IMG/VR virus record: IMGVR_UViG_3300035660_000005
Coordinates: 14,298-78,297 of that record
Reading direction: 5' to 3' (one strand)
DNA length: 64,000 bases
From: a virus
Part shown: in pieces, positions 1-9,856 of the stretch
Numbering within the stretch: position 1 is the stretch's first letter
Layout: the number at the start of each line of letters is the position of its first letter
The notes under the pieces: generated by a model
Databases searched by the model: none
What the model was told of the DNA's origin: nothing
What the model saw: only the letters and a program-made list of their open reading frames with translations
Translations under genes and position numbers: made by a program

Positions 1-1
1 C

Positions 2-394
2 GAAGCCGAAGAAGTGCAGGTCGTCGTCCCACTCGCCGTCCGACTTCTTGTAGCGCTCGAGTACCGCGTTGTAGTTCAGTGGGAACGCACCGGCGCAGCC
101 GATGAACATCTGGCCACTGTCCACACCGTTATGCCCGAGAAGCTCGTGCGAGGATGTGAAGGGGCTGGTCTCGAAGCCCTGGCGCGTGGCGCGCAACACG
201 CTGACGCGGTCGCCCCAGTCGCCCTCGTCGCTGGTCTTGACCTCGGCCACCCAGGTGCCCTCACAGTCGTCGAGGATGACGCCCAAGTCGCCCAGCGACT
301 CGAGTTGGTCGTCCTCGTCAATGTAGCATGGATCGGCGATCAGCAGTTGGCCTTGTACGCTGAACGCCACCCTGGTCACGATCTCCTCCGCCAT
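2..394 (-). CDS. Hypothetical early protein, 3'-truncated by the window edge (DUF4241-like motifs)
   Basis: Translated by hand: MAEEIVTRVAFSVQGQLLIADPCYIDED...NGVDSGQMFIG. The DPCY and GVDSGQ motifs are DUF4241-like. RBS AAGGAGG upstream. Not in the ORF track. Confidence 0.6.
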   Translation of the reverse strand, partial: MAEEIVTRVAFSVQGQLLIADPCYIDEDDQLESLGDLGVILDDCEGTWVAEVKTSDEGDWGDRVSVLRATRQGFETSPFTSSHELLGHNGVDSGQMFIGCAGAFPLNYNAVLERYKKSDGEWDDDLHFFGF

Positions 395-412
395 CCGATC
401 CTCCTTCTCTGC

Positions 413-769
413 TCACCTTGAGCAGAACTTGCAGGCCTGGCGCGAGCCGCGCTTGCTGCACGGCGTCGTGTCCTTGGCCTTGCCCATGTCCGGGCAGCTC
501 ACCGGACCGTGATCTACGAGCGTGCCTTGCTCGACCGTGTCCTCGTCTTCCTCGAACCCGAGGACCGGTTGCTCGATGCCGCGCTCTTGTTGCTCGGCCC
601 ACTGCCGGCCTTCGCGAGCCAACTGGTGGCCGTACTCGCGTTCTATCTTCGTGGCGGCTTTGGCAGCCAGCACACGTTCGCACTCGCGGTTGGGGTCGAG
701 CTTGTCCCGTTTGCGCTCGCGGTAGCGCCGTGAGGCTTCCTTGCCCTTCTCTGTCTGCCAGTACTTCAT
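413..769 (-). CDS. Hypothetical early protein
   Basis: Start refined to MKYWQTEKG after a GAGG RBS; Cys-rich C-terminus. Confidence 0.6.
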   Translation of the reverse strand: MKYWQTEKGKEASRRYRERKRDKLDPNRECERVLAAKAATKIEREYGHQLAREGRQWAEQQERGIEQPVLGFEEDEDTVEQGTLVDHGPVSCPDMGKAKDTTPCSKRGSRQACKFCSR

Positions 770-771
770 CT

Positions 772-1017
772 CTACCTCGCTGCCTTCTGGCGCGCTGTCC
801 AGCCGGCCCAACCACTGTTGCAACCGTCCCACCGCCACCGGTAGCCGTCGTAGTCGAACCACAGGTAGCGCTTACTACCGCTCTCGCTCACGATGATGGC
901 CCGGTGCCAGGAGCCGGTGTAGTAGAGGTCTACGATGTGCCACCGTTCGTGGCTGCGGCCTTCGAGCCGCTCAACGTAGGCGTCCAACTCAGTTGCGTGC
1001 TCGTCTGTCATCGACAT
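772..1017 (-). CDS. Hypothetical early protein
   Basis: 81-aa ORF with AGGAG RBS, tightly packed with neighbours. Confidence 0.6.
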   Translation of the reverse strand: MSMTDEHATELDAYVERLEGRSHERWHIVDLYYTGSWHRAIIVSESGSKRYLWFDYDGYRWRWDGCNSGWAGWTARQKAAR

Positions 1018-1027
1018 CTCCTACCTC

Positions 1028-1126
1028 CTACTTTGTCCTCTCGTTGTAGTGCTCGAGGTTGAAGACGATCATCGCAGTGAGCATCGAGGTGCTCTGCGGT
1101 TGGCCCTTGCTCTCTGTCGTCTTCAT
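1028..1126 (-). CDS. 32-aa peptide, first ORF behind promoter cassette A
   Basis: MKTTESKGQPQSTSMLTAMIVFNLEHYNERTK directly after GGAGGTAAGAGGAG. Confidence 0.5.
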   Translation of the reverse strand: MKTTESKGQPQSTSMLTAMIVFNLEHYNERTK

Positions 1127-1181
1127 CTCCTCTTACCTCCACCTATATCATCCATGATAGGAAGACAGAGGTCAACGGGTT
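1118..1181 (-). promoter_or_regulatory. Early promoter/RBS cassette, copy A
   Basis: TTGACC-N17-GATGAT followed by a strong SD; 64 bp identical to 23348-23411. Confidence 0.8.
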
Positions 1182-1250
1182 TTCACACGCATTATCTACT
1201 TTCGGGATTTGATATGCGAATAACTCGTGGCTCGCGCCGCTCTATTTCCG

Positions 1251-1302
1251 AAGTAAAGAGGGTCAAATATATCCTGATTCCACGGCCTACCGGACTATAC
1301 AG
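1251..1302. repeat. 52-bp non-coding repeat, copy 1
   Basis: Matches 27253-27304 with 3 mismatches. Confidence 0.9.
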
Positions 1303-1400
1303 GTCTTCCAATCGACAGCGATTCTCGTGCATCCTACTGCGTCTGAGAACGTTTAGCTGTGAACCCGATTCACCTGCGGTAAGCGGTATAGAGAGGTGAG

Positions 1401-1772
1401 ATGGGAGTTCCACTTAAACGTCGCACCGCACGAGAGATGACTGAGCCGGAGCGGGCTTGGGTAGGAGCGCTGCTTGAGGGCGAAGGCAGTGTTTACCCTA
1501 ACGGCGGCGGCACCACGATATGCGTAGCTAACACCGACCTCGAACTGATCTCGGCTTTGTTACGGCTCACTGGGGTTGGATGCGTGTCTCTGCAGACACG
1601 TGCAGGGCAACGTAGAGGAAGTGGCACCGCCCGTCATGATCTTTGGTTGTGGACTCTCCACCGACACAACGACGTCTACGCGGTTGCCTGCCAGTGCACC
1701 GAGTATTCGCAGAAGGCTCAACGCGCCATGAAGCTTATCGAACAGCGGGAGGCCAAGCGTGCAGAGCACTAA
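1401..1772 (+). CDS. Free-standing single-motif LAGLIDADG homing-endonuclease-like protein
   Basis: WVGALLEGEGSV helix followed by ANTDLELI; paralog at 51326-51685. Confidence 0.75.
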   Translation: MGVPLKRRTAREMTEPERAWVGALLEGEGSVYPNGGGTTICVANTDLELISALLRLTGVGCVSLQTRAGQRRGSGTARHDLWLWTLHRHNDVYAVACQCTEYSQKAQRAMKLIEQREAKRAEH

Positions 1773-2427
1773 GCCAATCACAATCGGCGTCGACGAGTGT
1801 AATTTTAGTCCGAGTATCTGTGGCGACTGTGTAGTCGCGGCTTGCACGTTGACTGCCGAGCCACCTGAGGGGCTGCTCGGAGACTCCAAGAAGCTGTCGC
1901 GGGCACGACGGCTCGCAGCCTTCGAGTGGCTGCAAGAGAACTCGCTGTACGTCGTGGAGATCGCCGCAGTGAACCACATCTCGCTCTGCGGTGTGTACAA
2001 GGCGCGCAACGCAGCCGCGAGGCGGGCCGCCGAGGGCTTGATAGCCCTCCTGGAAACCCAGGACGTGTGCGTCGTCATCGACGGCAACCCCTTCCCGTTG
2101 GGGTCACCAGGACGGCTGTGGCAGCACTCAACCCAGGTGAAGTTCATCGTACGTGCCGACGAGACCGTGCCCGAGGTCTCGGCTGCGTCCATTATTGCCA
2201 AGACCTACACTGACGCCCTCTTCGACGGCTGGGGTCGGAACTGGGCTGGCTACGGTATGGAGCGCGACCACGGCTCCCCGAGTACGAAGCACAAAGACGC
2301 ACTGCGCAAGCAAGGCCCATCGCCGCTACACCGCACCCACCACTACGGAGCCGACTGGTGGAAGCAGCTACTGGGTACGGACTGTCACTGCGGTTCGATT
2401 GGGCGTCGATACCCCATCGGGTCGTAA
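1759..2427 (+). CDS. rnhB: Ribonuclease HII
   Basis: IGVDE, DSKKL, VIDGN, RADE...VSAASIIAK and GPSPLHR motifs. Confidence 0.9.
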   Translation: MQSTKPITIGVDECNFSPSICGDCVVAACTLTAEPPEGLLGDSKKLSRARRLAAFEWLQENSLYVVEIAAVNHISLCGVYKARNAAARRAAEGLIALLETQDVCVVIDGNPFPLGSPGRLWQHSTQVKFIVRADETVPEVSAASIIAKTYTDALFDGWGRNWAGYGMERDHGSPSTKHKDALRKQGPSPLHRTHHYGADWWKQLLGTDCHCGSIGRRYPIGS

Positions 2428-2446
2428 AGAGCAGGGGGAGACACTC

Positions 2447-2815
2447 ATGCTGAGCATCACGACCAAGGTCACAGTTCCAGGCTACCACCATTGGGCCGGC
2501 GCTCCGGACAATGCACAGAACTTCCTGAAGAACATCCACCGACATCTCTTCACGTTCGAGGCCGAGGTGCAGGTAACCGGAAGCCGCCAGGTCGAGTTCT
2601 TCGAGTTGCAGGAGCGGATGCGCTACATACTCGAGAGGGTCGGCTACTTCAACGGCCTACTTGTGAGCAGACATGGCACATCGATGTCGTGCGAGCAGAT
2701 GGCTGAGACGATGGCACGGGCGCTGTACAACCAGCACGGTCACATGGTGCTGAAGGTGTCCGTGTCAGAGGATGGCGAGTCTAGCGGGACTTGGACGCGC
2801 GACCGATACGAGTAA
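2447..2815 (+). CDS. QueD-like / 6-pyruvoyl-tetrahydropterin-synthase-like T-fold protein
   Basis: GYHHW, HRHLF, VEFF, SCEQMA and VSVSEDGE motifs; start after a GGGGGAG RBS. Confidence 0.7.
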   Translation: MLSITTKVTVPGYHHWAGAPDNAQNFLKNIHRHLFTFEAEVQVTGSRQVEFFELQERMRYILERVGYFNGLLVSRHGTSMSCEQMAETMARALYNQHGHMVLKVSVSEDGESSGTWTRDRYE

Positions 2816-2818
2816 GTC

Positions 2819-3334
2819 ATGCGGCAGTTACTGACGCGCGAAGCGGTTGAGGACATCGTGCTCGCACTCGCCGAGCGCATCGAGGACGATGAGCGCCTCG
2901 GCGACGACCCCCTGATGCTCGGTGTGTTGAATGGTGCGTTCATGTTCGTCGCTGACTTAGTGCGCGCACTCGAATGTGGTGTCGCGTGGAGTCATGGCGA
3001 CGTCGCATTCATTGGTGTGTCCAGCTACGGCGACAAACAGACCAGCTCCGGTGAACCTGTGTGCACCTACCGACCCGATGTGAACCTGCGCGGACGAACC
3101 ATACTACTGGTGGAAGACATCGTGGATAGCGGCTGCACCATCGAGTGGCTCGACAGCTACTTACACGATGCTGGTGCCGAGCGTGTGCTTGTGTGCTCGC
3201 TGCTGGTGCGTGAAGGCAAAGAGCACCTGGTGGACTTCATCGGGCGCGTGATCAAGCACGGCGACTTCGCATTCGGCTACGGCCTAGACTTGAAGCACCG
3301 CATGCGGGGCCTGCCGGACATATGGGTCGAGTAG
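2819..3334 (+). CDS. hpt: Hypoxanthine/guanine phosphoribosyltransferase
   Basis: GVLNGAFMFVADL, SSYG, PRPP loop LLVEDIVDSGCT, FGYGLD. Confidence 0.9.
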   Translation: MRQLLTREAVEDIVLALAERIEDDERLGDDPLMLGVLNGAFMFVADLVRALECGVAWSHGDVAFIGVSSYGDKQTSSGEPVCTYRPDVNLRGRTILLVEDIVDSGCTIEWLDSYLHDAGAERVLVCSLLVREGKEHLVDFIGRVIKHGDFAFGYGLDLKHRMRGLPDIWVE

Positions 3335-3347
3335 TAGGGAGGCCAAC

Positions 3348-3890
3348 ATGAGTGGCAGCAAGACACGAGCCAGCTTGGCAGTCGAGCTCCGCTTGACGGA
3401 GCCGATCACCGTCTACCTCGCCGGCCCGATCTCGCACTTGTCGTACGACGAGGCCATGAGCCGTCGCGCCGAGCTTATTGAGCCGCTGCGGGCCGCACAA
3501 GTCACCTACGGAATCAGGTTCGCCATTCGTTCCCCCATGAGGGGCAAGATGTTCCTAGCGCACGTGCGCGGTCCGTTGAAGCCCGGTGGCTATCGGCAAG
3601 CCATGAGCACCGACTCGGCCATCGTCGGCAGGGACGAGACAGATGTCCGCGTCTGCGAGGTCATGATCGCAGACTTCCTCGGTGCGCCCGAGAAGAGCAT
3701 CGGCACTTGTGTCGAATTCGGCCTCTGCTTGGCGTGGCATAAGTTCGTGATCATGATCATCGAGGAGGGTAAGCTCAACCCTCACGACCACGGCTTCCTC
3801 CGGCGCATCGCCCACTGTATAGTCCGCACGCGGGAGGAGGCGGTCAAGGCGCTGCTCCAGTATGCAGGAGTCGAGCCGGACGAGAGCTAG
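3348..3890 (+). CDS. Nucleoside 2-deoxyribosyltransferase / nucleotide N-glycosidase family protein
   Basis: VYLAGPI, D..DVRVC and SIGTCVEFG motifs. Confidence 0.75.
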   Translation: MSGSKTRASLAVELRLTEPITVYLAGPISHLSYDEAMSRRAELIEPLRAAQVTYGIRFAIRSPMRGKMFLAHVRGPLKPGGYRQAMSTDSAIVGRDETDVRVCEVMIADFLGAPEKSIGTCVEFGLCLAWHKFVIMIIEEGKLNPHDHGFLRRIAHCIVRTREEAVKALLQYAGVEPDES

Positions 3891-3922
3891 AGCCGTAGTG
3901 TTGCCCTCAGCGGTGATGTATA

Positions 3923-4201
3923 GTGAGCGCACAAGGCAGGAAATGTGTGATGGTGGCTCGCAGAACTTCGGAAGTCGATGCGGATCTCGCCGAGTTCCGC
4001 GGCCAGGTGCTTGAGTTCATGCGTCACCAGGACGAAGTCAACGCGTCGTTCAGTCACTTCCTCGTCAACTGTTTTCCCCACTTCGTCGAAGCCGTCGGTC
4101 GGCTCGAAGGCAGTGTGCGGTGGATCATGTGGGGTCTCGGCGCGCTGGTGACAATTGGGCTAGCGGCTGGGGTCGCTAACGTAGTGTCGGTGTTCAAGTA
4201 G
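3923..4201 (+). CDS. Small membrane protein (holin or lysis accessory)
   Basis: C-terminal TM helix; start of the lysis cassette. Confidence 0.55.
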   Translation: MSAQGRKCVMVARRTSEVDADLAEFRGQVLEFMRHQDEVNASFSHFLVNCFPHFVEAVGRLEGSVRWIMWGLGALVTIGLAAGVANVVSVFK

Positions 4202-4214
4202 GAGGTTCGAGGAC

Positions 4215-4439
4215 ATGCTCTCTAAGCTCATTGCCTTCGTGAAGTCGTATCCGGTGGTCGGCGCTACGTGGCGCCTACTTCGTGCGGCTGGAGCCTACGG
4301 ACTCGGCGCGGCAATCGCCTACCTCGCTGGGCACTTCGCCGGTCTCCCAGTGCCCGTCGTTTGGATTCCTACCATCGGTTTCTGCATCCAGGCCCTCGAC
4401 AAGTTCCTGCGTGAGAAGGGCGTCATCAACTACCCCTAA
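4215..4439 (+). CDS. Putative holin
   Basis: 74 aa, two hydrophobic segments, charged C-terminus, upstream of the endolysin. Confidence 0.65.
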   Translation: MLSKLIAFVKSYPVVGATWRLLRAAGAYGLGAAIAYLAGHFAGLPVPVVWIPTIGFCIQALDKFLREKGVINYP

Positions 4440-4514
4440 TCGAACACGCACGGGTGCGGGATGTGTTTCACGTTCGACCGTGAATCCGGTAACGCATGAG
4501 GACAGGAGTGTAAG

Positions 4515-5585
4515 ATGGACAAGAACACAGTAGCGGTGTGGGGCTGGGTCCTTAGCGCAATGGACGGGGGCAACCTCGACCGCATCGTGCAGCGCCTTCG
4601 CGATAGTGGCGTGACCATGCTCATCGGTCCAAAGGCCTGGGACAGCGGGCAGTGGATGACGAACGTCATCTGGAAGGAAGTCCGCGACGCCCTCAAGCAA
4701 CGGATGCCAGAGCTGAAGGTGTACGCCTGGGGCTACTGCTATCCAAGCACTGCGGTAGCGGACGGTGCGCGCGCTGCCGAATGCGTGACCTACGGACAAG
4801 CCGACGGCGTCGTGCTCGACGTCGAGATCGAGTTCGAGAACCATCCGCGCGAAGCCCAGCTACTGTGCGAACGCTTCCGTTCGCAGTGTCCCGACACGGA
4901 CTTGCTCTACTCCACGTTTGCACTCCCTGCCTACCACAGTGCCTTCCCCTACAGCACCTTCCAGCGCTACTGCAACGGACTCGTGCCGCAGCTGTACTTC
5001 ACCTACTGGATCCCGCCTACAGGAAACATGTTCCAGAACGTGACCGCTGCCGCCGGTGCGATGTGTACCCAGCACGGCGCTATCGGAATCGGCTCGGACA
5101 GCTTGATCGTGACCGCTGACCTCTACGACGAGGGCGGACACCGCGCCCCGACAGCGGCCGAGATGGAGGAGTTCGCGCGTGCCTGCAAGCAGCTCAACTG
5201 CGGAGGTATCGCTGCCTGGTCCTACCAGCACATGAGCGATGCACTCTGGAGTGCCTTCCAGCGGGCCGAGGCGATATTCGCCTCAGCGGCACCATCGGAC
5301 CCATGCGCTGAGGTGAAGGCTCAATTGGCGGCAGCCCTTCGACAAGTCGACGCGCAGTCCGCACTCCTCAGCCACTCGGTGACACAGATCGCCGAGCTGA
5401 CCACCGAGCGCGATAACCTCCGCCGTCAGGTGGAGACGATTGCGGCACAGCGCGACGCGTATAGTGCTCAGGCGGAAAAGCGGCTGAAGAGAATTCGCGA
5501 GCTGGAACTGATCATCAAGGGTGCTGGCCAACTGGCGAAGGCAGTCTCCGACTCGTTGAACGGCGTCAAGCCCTACACGGACTAG
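4515..5585 (+). CDS. Putative endolysin: TIM-barrel glycoside hydrolase plus C-terminal coiled coil
   Basis: VYAWGY, GVVLDVEIE, VPQLY and AAWS motifs; follows the holin. Confidence 0.65.
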   Translation: MDKNTVAVWGWVLSAMDGGNLDRIVQRLRDSGVTMLIGPKAWDSGQWMTNVIWKEVRDALKQRMPELKVYAWGYCYPSTAVADGARAAECVTYGQADGVVLDVEIEFENHPREAQLLCERFRSQCPDTDLLYSTFALPAYHSAFPYSTFQRYCNGLVPQLYFTYWIPPTGNMFQNVTAAAGAMCTQHGAIGIGSDSLIVTADLYDEGGHRAPTAAEMEEFARACKQLNCGGIAAWSYQHMSDALWSAFQRAEAIFASAAPSDPCAEVKAQLAAALRQVDAQSALLSHSVTQIAELTTERDNLRRQVETIAAQRDAYSAQAEKRLKRIRELELIIKGAGQLAKAVSDSLNGVKPYTD

Positions 5586-8500
5586 ACGTTCGGGTGCACG
5601 CCCCGCAAGAAGTAAAACTGCCAAGACTTGCCCACAGTAGTCTGCGTCTCTAGTCCACATACGGGACCCGTTGACGTCGTCTGTCCAGGCAGGTTAGCCA
5701 CGAACGTATGGCTCGCCAGCACCTCATAGGCTGCGTCTAGCAACTCCACAAGGATGTTCGGTACCGTGTCATCGACTGTGATGCGCACGTAGACCGCGCC
5801 TGTGCTGGCGGCGATCCCACTGTCCACGATGTTCTGCGTCACGTTGTCCTTGCTCACGAACCGCCAGTTGGTGTCAGCGCGCGGAGTGGAGAACTGCACA
5901 CCCACGTAGTGACCAGCCGGGTCGTCGGCGCCGGCCATGGTTACCAGAGTCTGGTTGGACAGTCCGAAGAAGCAGCGCACGTTGGCTATGCTCACCAACT
6001 TCAGCTTGAGCAAGATGCGAGGACTCTGCCGGCGGGTGTGCACCTTCTGGGCTGTGAGAAACGCGAAGCCGCCCTCGTTGCCGGACACCGCGCCTGAGAG
6101 GAAGCTCGCGTACATACCGTCCGCGTCTTCCAAGCAGTAGCTGTCCGTGCCAGATATAGTCAGGGTTCCACCGGCGTAGAGACCTGTTCGGGAAGCTACG
6201 GTTGACGAGTAGCCAGGCTGCATGTCGCCCCACTGGCCCTTCCCGATCATGACGTCCGCGAGCGTGCCACCGTCACCGCCCGGAGGAGGAAGTGTCAGCT
6301 TGAGTACCTGGCCCTCTAGCTCAAGTGCAGGGTCACTTCCAGGATCGAGCGTCACCGCCGCGTGGTGTGGTGGGCCGTCGCCGATGGCTGTATGCTCGGC
6401 GTCGCGCATGATTGCGGCAGGGATGTCCGCGTCGTCCAGTACTCGGAATGCCGGCGGGGCAGCGGGGGCGGCGGCTGGCCCAGCGAGCACCATGTTCGGC
6501 TCTTCGCTGTTCGACTGTACGAGCTTCTTGACAGTCACCGTACCAGCGATGGTGTCCACCACGAGAACGCTGGTGAGGTCGGCCGCTTCGACGATGAAGG
6601 CCCCCTCGTCGTCTGTCGTGATACGGACGCCGAACATGAACTGCTGCCGACCGGGGATGTTGACTCCGGTCGTCGGGTTGATCGGGTTGAGTTGCCCACT
6701 CGCTGTGCTGCCTGTTGCGCTGCCTGCACTCATACCGTCAATCAGGCGCTTGATCCGAATGGACCACTCGTACTGCACCGAGTTGAACCCGACAGTCCAG
6801 TGGGCAGCACTGTCGTCGCCGACCTCCAACGTAATGGCGCGGACACGGAAGCGCTCCATGTTGATCTTGCCGGGGACGTCGACGTAGACCCAGTCGCCGA
6901 TGTCGAAGTTCTCAAACACTTCCGACGCGCCGATGATGGACTCCACTACCGACGTGAAGCCCTCGTCTGCCTCACTCAGCGAAGCGAGGGCCAACGCCGC
7001 CGCACGACCGGCGGTAGAGATGTCCTGCTTGGTGGCGTCCATGAACGTCTCGCGCCGCGGGAAACTGCTGGCCTTCGCGAACTCACTCAGGCCCGAGTCC
7101 GAGGCTACGAGCGCGATCGTCTTGACGGAACCGGATGTGCTCTTGCGATGCTTACTATAGAGGTTGTAGCCCTGGCGGAACGTCGTTGGGGCCTGACCGA
7201 CAGTTCGGTCGATGCCGCGTGACACGTAGACCTTGAGCTTGATCCCACTGGTCACGTAGGCGTTGTAGCCCATCGTCACGAACTGGTTTAGTAGTGACGT
7301 CAGCGTGATGCCCGGTTCGACATCCATTGTGAACGTCTCTGGCCACAGCTCGCCGTTACTGTCCACCTCGTCGGTAAAGCCGACCGTCATGCCGAGCAGG
7401 GCTCCGCGGGCGGCCGCCTTCGCGACCTGATCTGCGAGGATGTAGCCAGGAGTTCTGTCGACGTAACTCGTCAGCAGTGGTTCGCGATCGGGCCAGTTGG
7501 GTGGGTAGACGACGGCGTTGTCAAGTAGTGCGAACGGACCACGTCCGGCAACGTTGTAGCCCTGAACAGACTCTTCGCCCTCCTCCAGAACCACCTCTTC
7601 AACCTGCTCGATCAGGAACGCACAGCGCTCGATTCCGTCGTAGTAGATCCGCACGAGGTTACCATGCGCCAGGTTGGTTGTCGTTGCCTTGAGGTCAGAA
7701 GCGTGGATCGAGAACTTGCCAGCACCTGTGTTGTCGAGCTCCAACGAGGCGCCAACACCGAACGCGTTCTCCAGGATCGCGAGCAGCGTCCCGAAGTTGT
7801 CACGATCGTAGACGCGAACCTCGACACCGATGCCTCGAAGCGGCTCTTCGGACAGTACGGTGAACGTGCGCGAGTTGGATTCGTCCTCGTGCACCCTTGT
7901 GTGCAACGTGTGGACTTGCCCCGACTCGGCGTCCACTGGGACCGTGAAGATGCCACGACGATTGCGGACACCAGTCGGACCGCCGCAGATCAACTCGTTG
8001 AGAAGTACCTCCAGCTCGAAGTCCCAATCGATCCATCCGTAGTCGTCGCCGTCGAGCGTGAGGTCAGAGTCGTTCCCACTGAAGTCGGCCACGGTCGCGC
8101 CGGCGCCGTCGTCGAAGTGCCACAGCCCTACCGTGTTAGGGTTGGGCGAGTACTCCCATTCCGGTGCGTAGTTGACTACACCGAGGTTGGCCTGAACGAT
8201 CTGCATCTCACGGACGTCGGCCTCGACGTAGCTCGCCGTGCCGCCCACGCGCATGTAATCGATAGCGTGGTTGGTGACCGCGGCTGAAGCGACGAGGACA
8301 CCGTCCACCAGCAGGTGAAGCGAACCGCCAGCGTAGACCAAACGAACAGCGTGCCAGTCGCCGTCGTCGTAGTGACCGAGCGTAGTGAGGATCGTCGCAC
8401 CGTGCTTCGCACGCACGTGTCCCTGGTTGAGCTCGAGGATGTAGCGTGTGAGGACGGGCGCACCGTTCGTGCACAGCTCTACCAACGAACCGGTGCTCTC

Positions 8501-8947
8501 CCCAGTCGGATCCTCGTACGGACCTTGACGCTGACTTCTGAACCACGCCTCCAAAGTCCACGTCGTCTGCGTTGAGGTGAACACACCGTAGGCGTGACTC
8601 GACCCTTGCACCCAGTAGCCGCTGGCGTCGTACGCGTCGTCTTGTCCGAAGCGGAGGAAGACGCACTCATCGCCGAAGCCCAGTCCTTCGAAGACGACCG
8701 TGTTGCCGACCCTACCGTATGGGGGAACCAGCGACTCCAGTCGAGGTGCAAACGCAAACTCTGGGCCAAGTTGATCGCTGACATGACCGACGGCGTAGTC
8801 GCCTGGGTTCTGAACAAGAACAAGACTGGGCTGCGCGCCGACCTTCTCTTCGACGCCGACGTTCTGCGCAGCGTAATCCGAAGGGGTGAGAGGAGTCAGG
8901 ACCTCTACGCCGATGTTCTCGTCAATGTAGTAGCTGACTTCAGCCAC
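5582..8947 (-). CDS. Minor tail/baseplate hub protein (LamG-like domain, Gp37-like hub, C-terminal receptor-binding region)
   Basis: WTLEAWF...DGDWHAV...LLVDG LamG pattern and VGLWHFDDG; downstream of Dit. Confidence 0.75.
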   Translation of the reverse strand: MAEVSYYIDENIGVEVLTPLTPSDYAAQNVGVEEKVGAQPSLVLVQNPGDYAVGHVSDQLGPEFAFAPRLESLVPPYGRVGNTVVFEGLGFGDECVFLRFGQDDAYDASGYWVQGSSHAYGVFTSTQTTWTLEAWFRSQRQGPYEDPTGESTGSLVELCTNGAPVLTRYILELNQGHVRAKHGATILTTLGHYDDGDWHAVRLVYAGGSLHLLVDGVLVASAAVTNHAIDYMRVGGTASYVEADVREMQIVQANLGVVNYAPEWEYSPNPNTVGLWHFDDGAGATVADFSGNDSDLTLDGDDYGWIDWDFELEVLLNELICGGPTGVRNRRGIFTVPVDAESGQVHTLHTRVHEDESNSRTFTVLSEEPLRGIGVEVRVYDRDNFGTLLAILENAFGVGASLELDNTGAGKFSIHASDLKATTTNLAHGNLVRIYYDGIERCAFLIEQVEEVVLEEGEESVQGYNVAGRGPFALLDNAVVYPPNWPDREPLLTSYVDRTPGYILADQVAKAAARGALLGMTVGFTDEVDSNGELWPETFTMDVEPGITLTSLLNQFVTMGYNAYVTSGIKLKVYVSRGIDRTVGQAPTTFRQGYNLYSKHRKSTSGSVKTIALVASDSGLSEFAKASSFPRRETFMDATKQDISTAGRAAALALASLSEADEGFTSVVESIIGASEVFENFDIGDWVYVDVPGKINMERFRVRAITLEVGDDSAAHWTVGFNSVQYEWSIRIKRLIDGMSAGSATGSTASGQLNPINPTTGVNIPGRQQFMFGVRITTDDEGAFIVEAADLTSVLVVDTIAGTVTVKKLVQSNSEEPNMVLAGPAAAPAAPPAFRVLDDADIPAAIMRDAEHTAIGDGPPHHAAVTLDPGSDPALELEGQVLKLTLPPPGGDGGTLADVMIGKGQWGDMQPGYSSTVASRTGLYAGGTLTISGTDSYCLEDADGMYASFLSGAVSGNEGGFAFLTAQKVHTRRQSPRILLKLKLVSIANVRCFFGLSNQTLVTMAGADDPAGHYVGVQFSTPRADTNWRFVSKDNVTQNIVDSGIAASTGAVYVRITVDDTVPNILVELLDAAYEVLASHTFVANLPGQTTSTGPVCGLETQTTVGKSWQFYFLRGVHPNV

Positions 8948-8968
8948 AGCACACTCCGGATCTAAGAC

Positions 8969-9844
8969 CTAGACCCAGACATCCACGTCGGGTGTAATCC
9001 TGCACGAGAGTGTACCAAGCACGGCATTGGTCGGAGGTGCACACCGGAGGTAGATCACGCTGCTCACCTGACCTGGCGCGAGGTCACCGATAGCCTTCGA
9101 CTGGGCATAGTCGATGCCGTCGAGACTAAGTAGTGTCCACGACGAGGCATTGCCATAGCTCGGTCCCTGCTCCACCGTAAGTGTGATCCCCTGAGCTGTC
9201 TTGGCAGCCGAGACGTTCTTGACGTAGAACTGGTGTACGTGACTAGCACCGCGCGCCTGGTCCTCGAAGTCCTCGTCGGTGGTCAACTCATCACCATCGG
9301 AGTCGGTGAACGAGAGGCGGTCCACTGCACCGGCCTCCAGTCCGTACAGGTGGACGACCGCGAGTAGCGCACTGGTGGAGGCCAACGTGAAACCGAGCTT
9401 GAGACGGTACGCGACGTGCGCGGCAGCCGCACCGGCCGCCAGGATCGACTGGCGGTAGTTCGGTCGCGTGATGAGTGTCTCGTCCACGGCCAACCCTGAG
9501 ACGACTGTACTCCACGAGCCGTCGCGGCCGTTGGTAGTGTCGTCGGAGTACTCGACATCGAACAGCCCGAAGCGACCAGCCGGGACGGTGTCGCCGATGA
9601 CCTTGACATCGGCGAGCTTGCGCACTTCAGGGAAGAGGAAGCACAGATACACGAACTGCCCCGCAGCGATCTGGCCACCGCCAAACAGCGTGTTAACGGT
9701 GTCGCTGTCCTCGTCGTTGATAGCGTCGATCTGCGCGCCAGTCAGTGTGTTGATCCCCTCAACGTCTGTGCGCCAACAGATCACCTGAGTGTTGTCCCTG
9801 TCGTACGCCCACCGTCGTGACGGCGGAGCTGGATAGTTAGGCAT
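8969..9844 (-). CDS. Tail-associated protein with a discoidin-like domain
   Basis: VEYSDDTTNGRDGSWS; located between Dit and the hub. Confidence 0.6.
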   Translation of the reverse strand: MPNYPAPPSRRWAYDRDNTQVICWRTDVEGINTLTGAQIDAINDEDSDTVNTLFGGGQIAAGQFVYLCFLFPEVRKLADVKVIGDTVPAGRFGLFDVEYSDDTTNGRDGSWSTVVSGLAVDETLITRPNYRQSILAAGAAAAHVAYRLKLGFTLASTSALLAVVHLYGLEAGAVDRLSFTDSDGDELTTDEDFEDQARGASHVHQFYVKNVSAAKTAQGITLTVEQGPSYGNASSWTLLSLDGIDYAQSKAIGDLAPGQVSSVIYLRCAPPTNAVLGTLSCRITPDVDVWV

Positions 9845-9856
9845 GTGTCACCTTCC

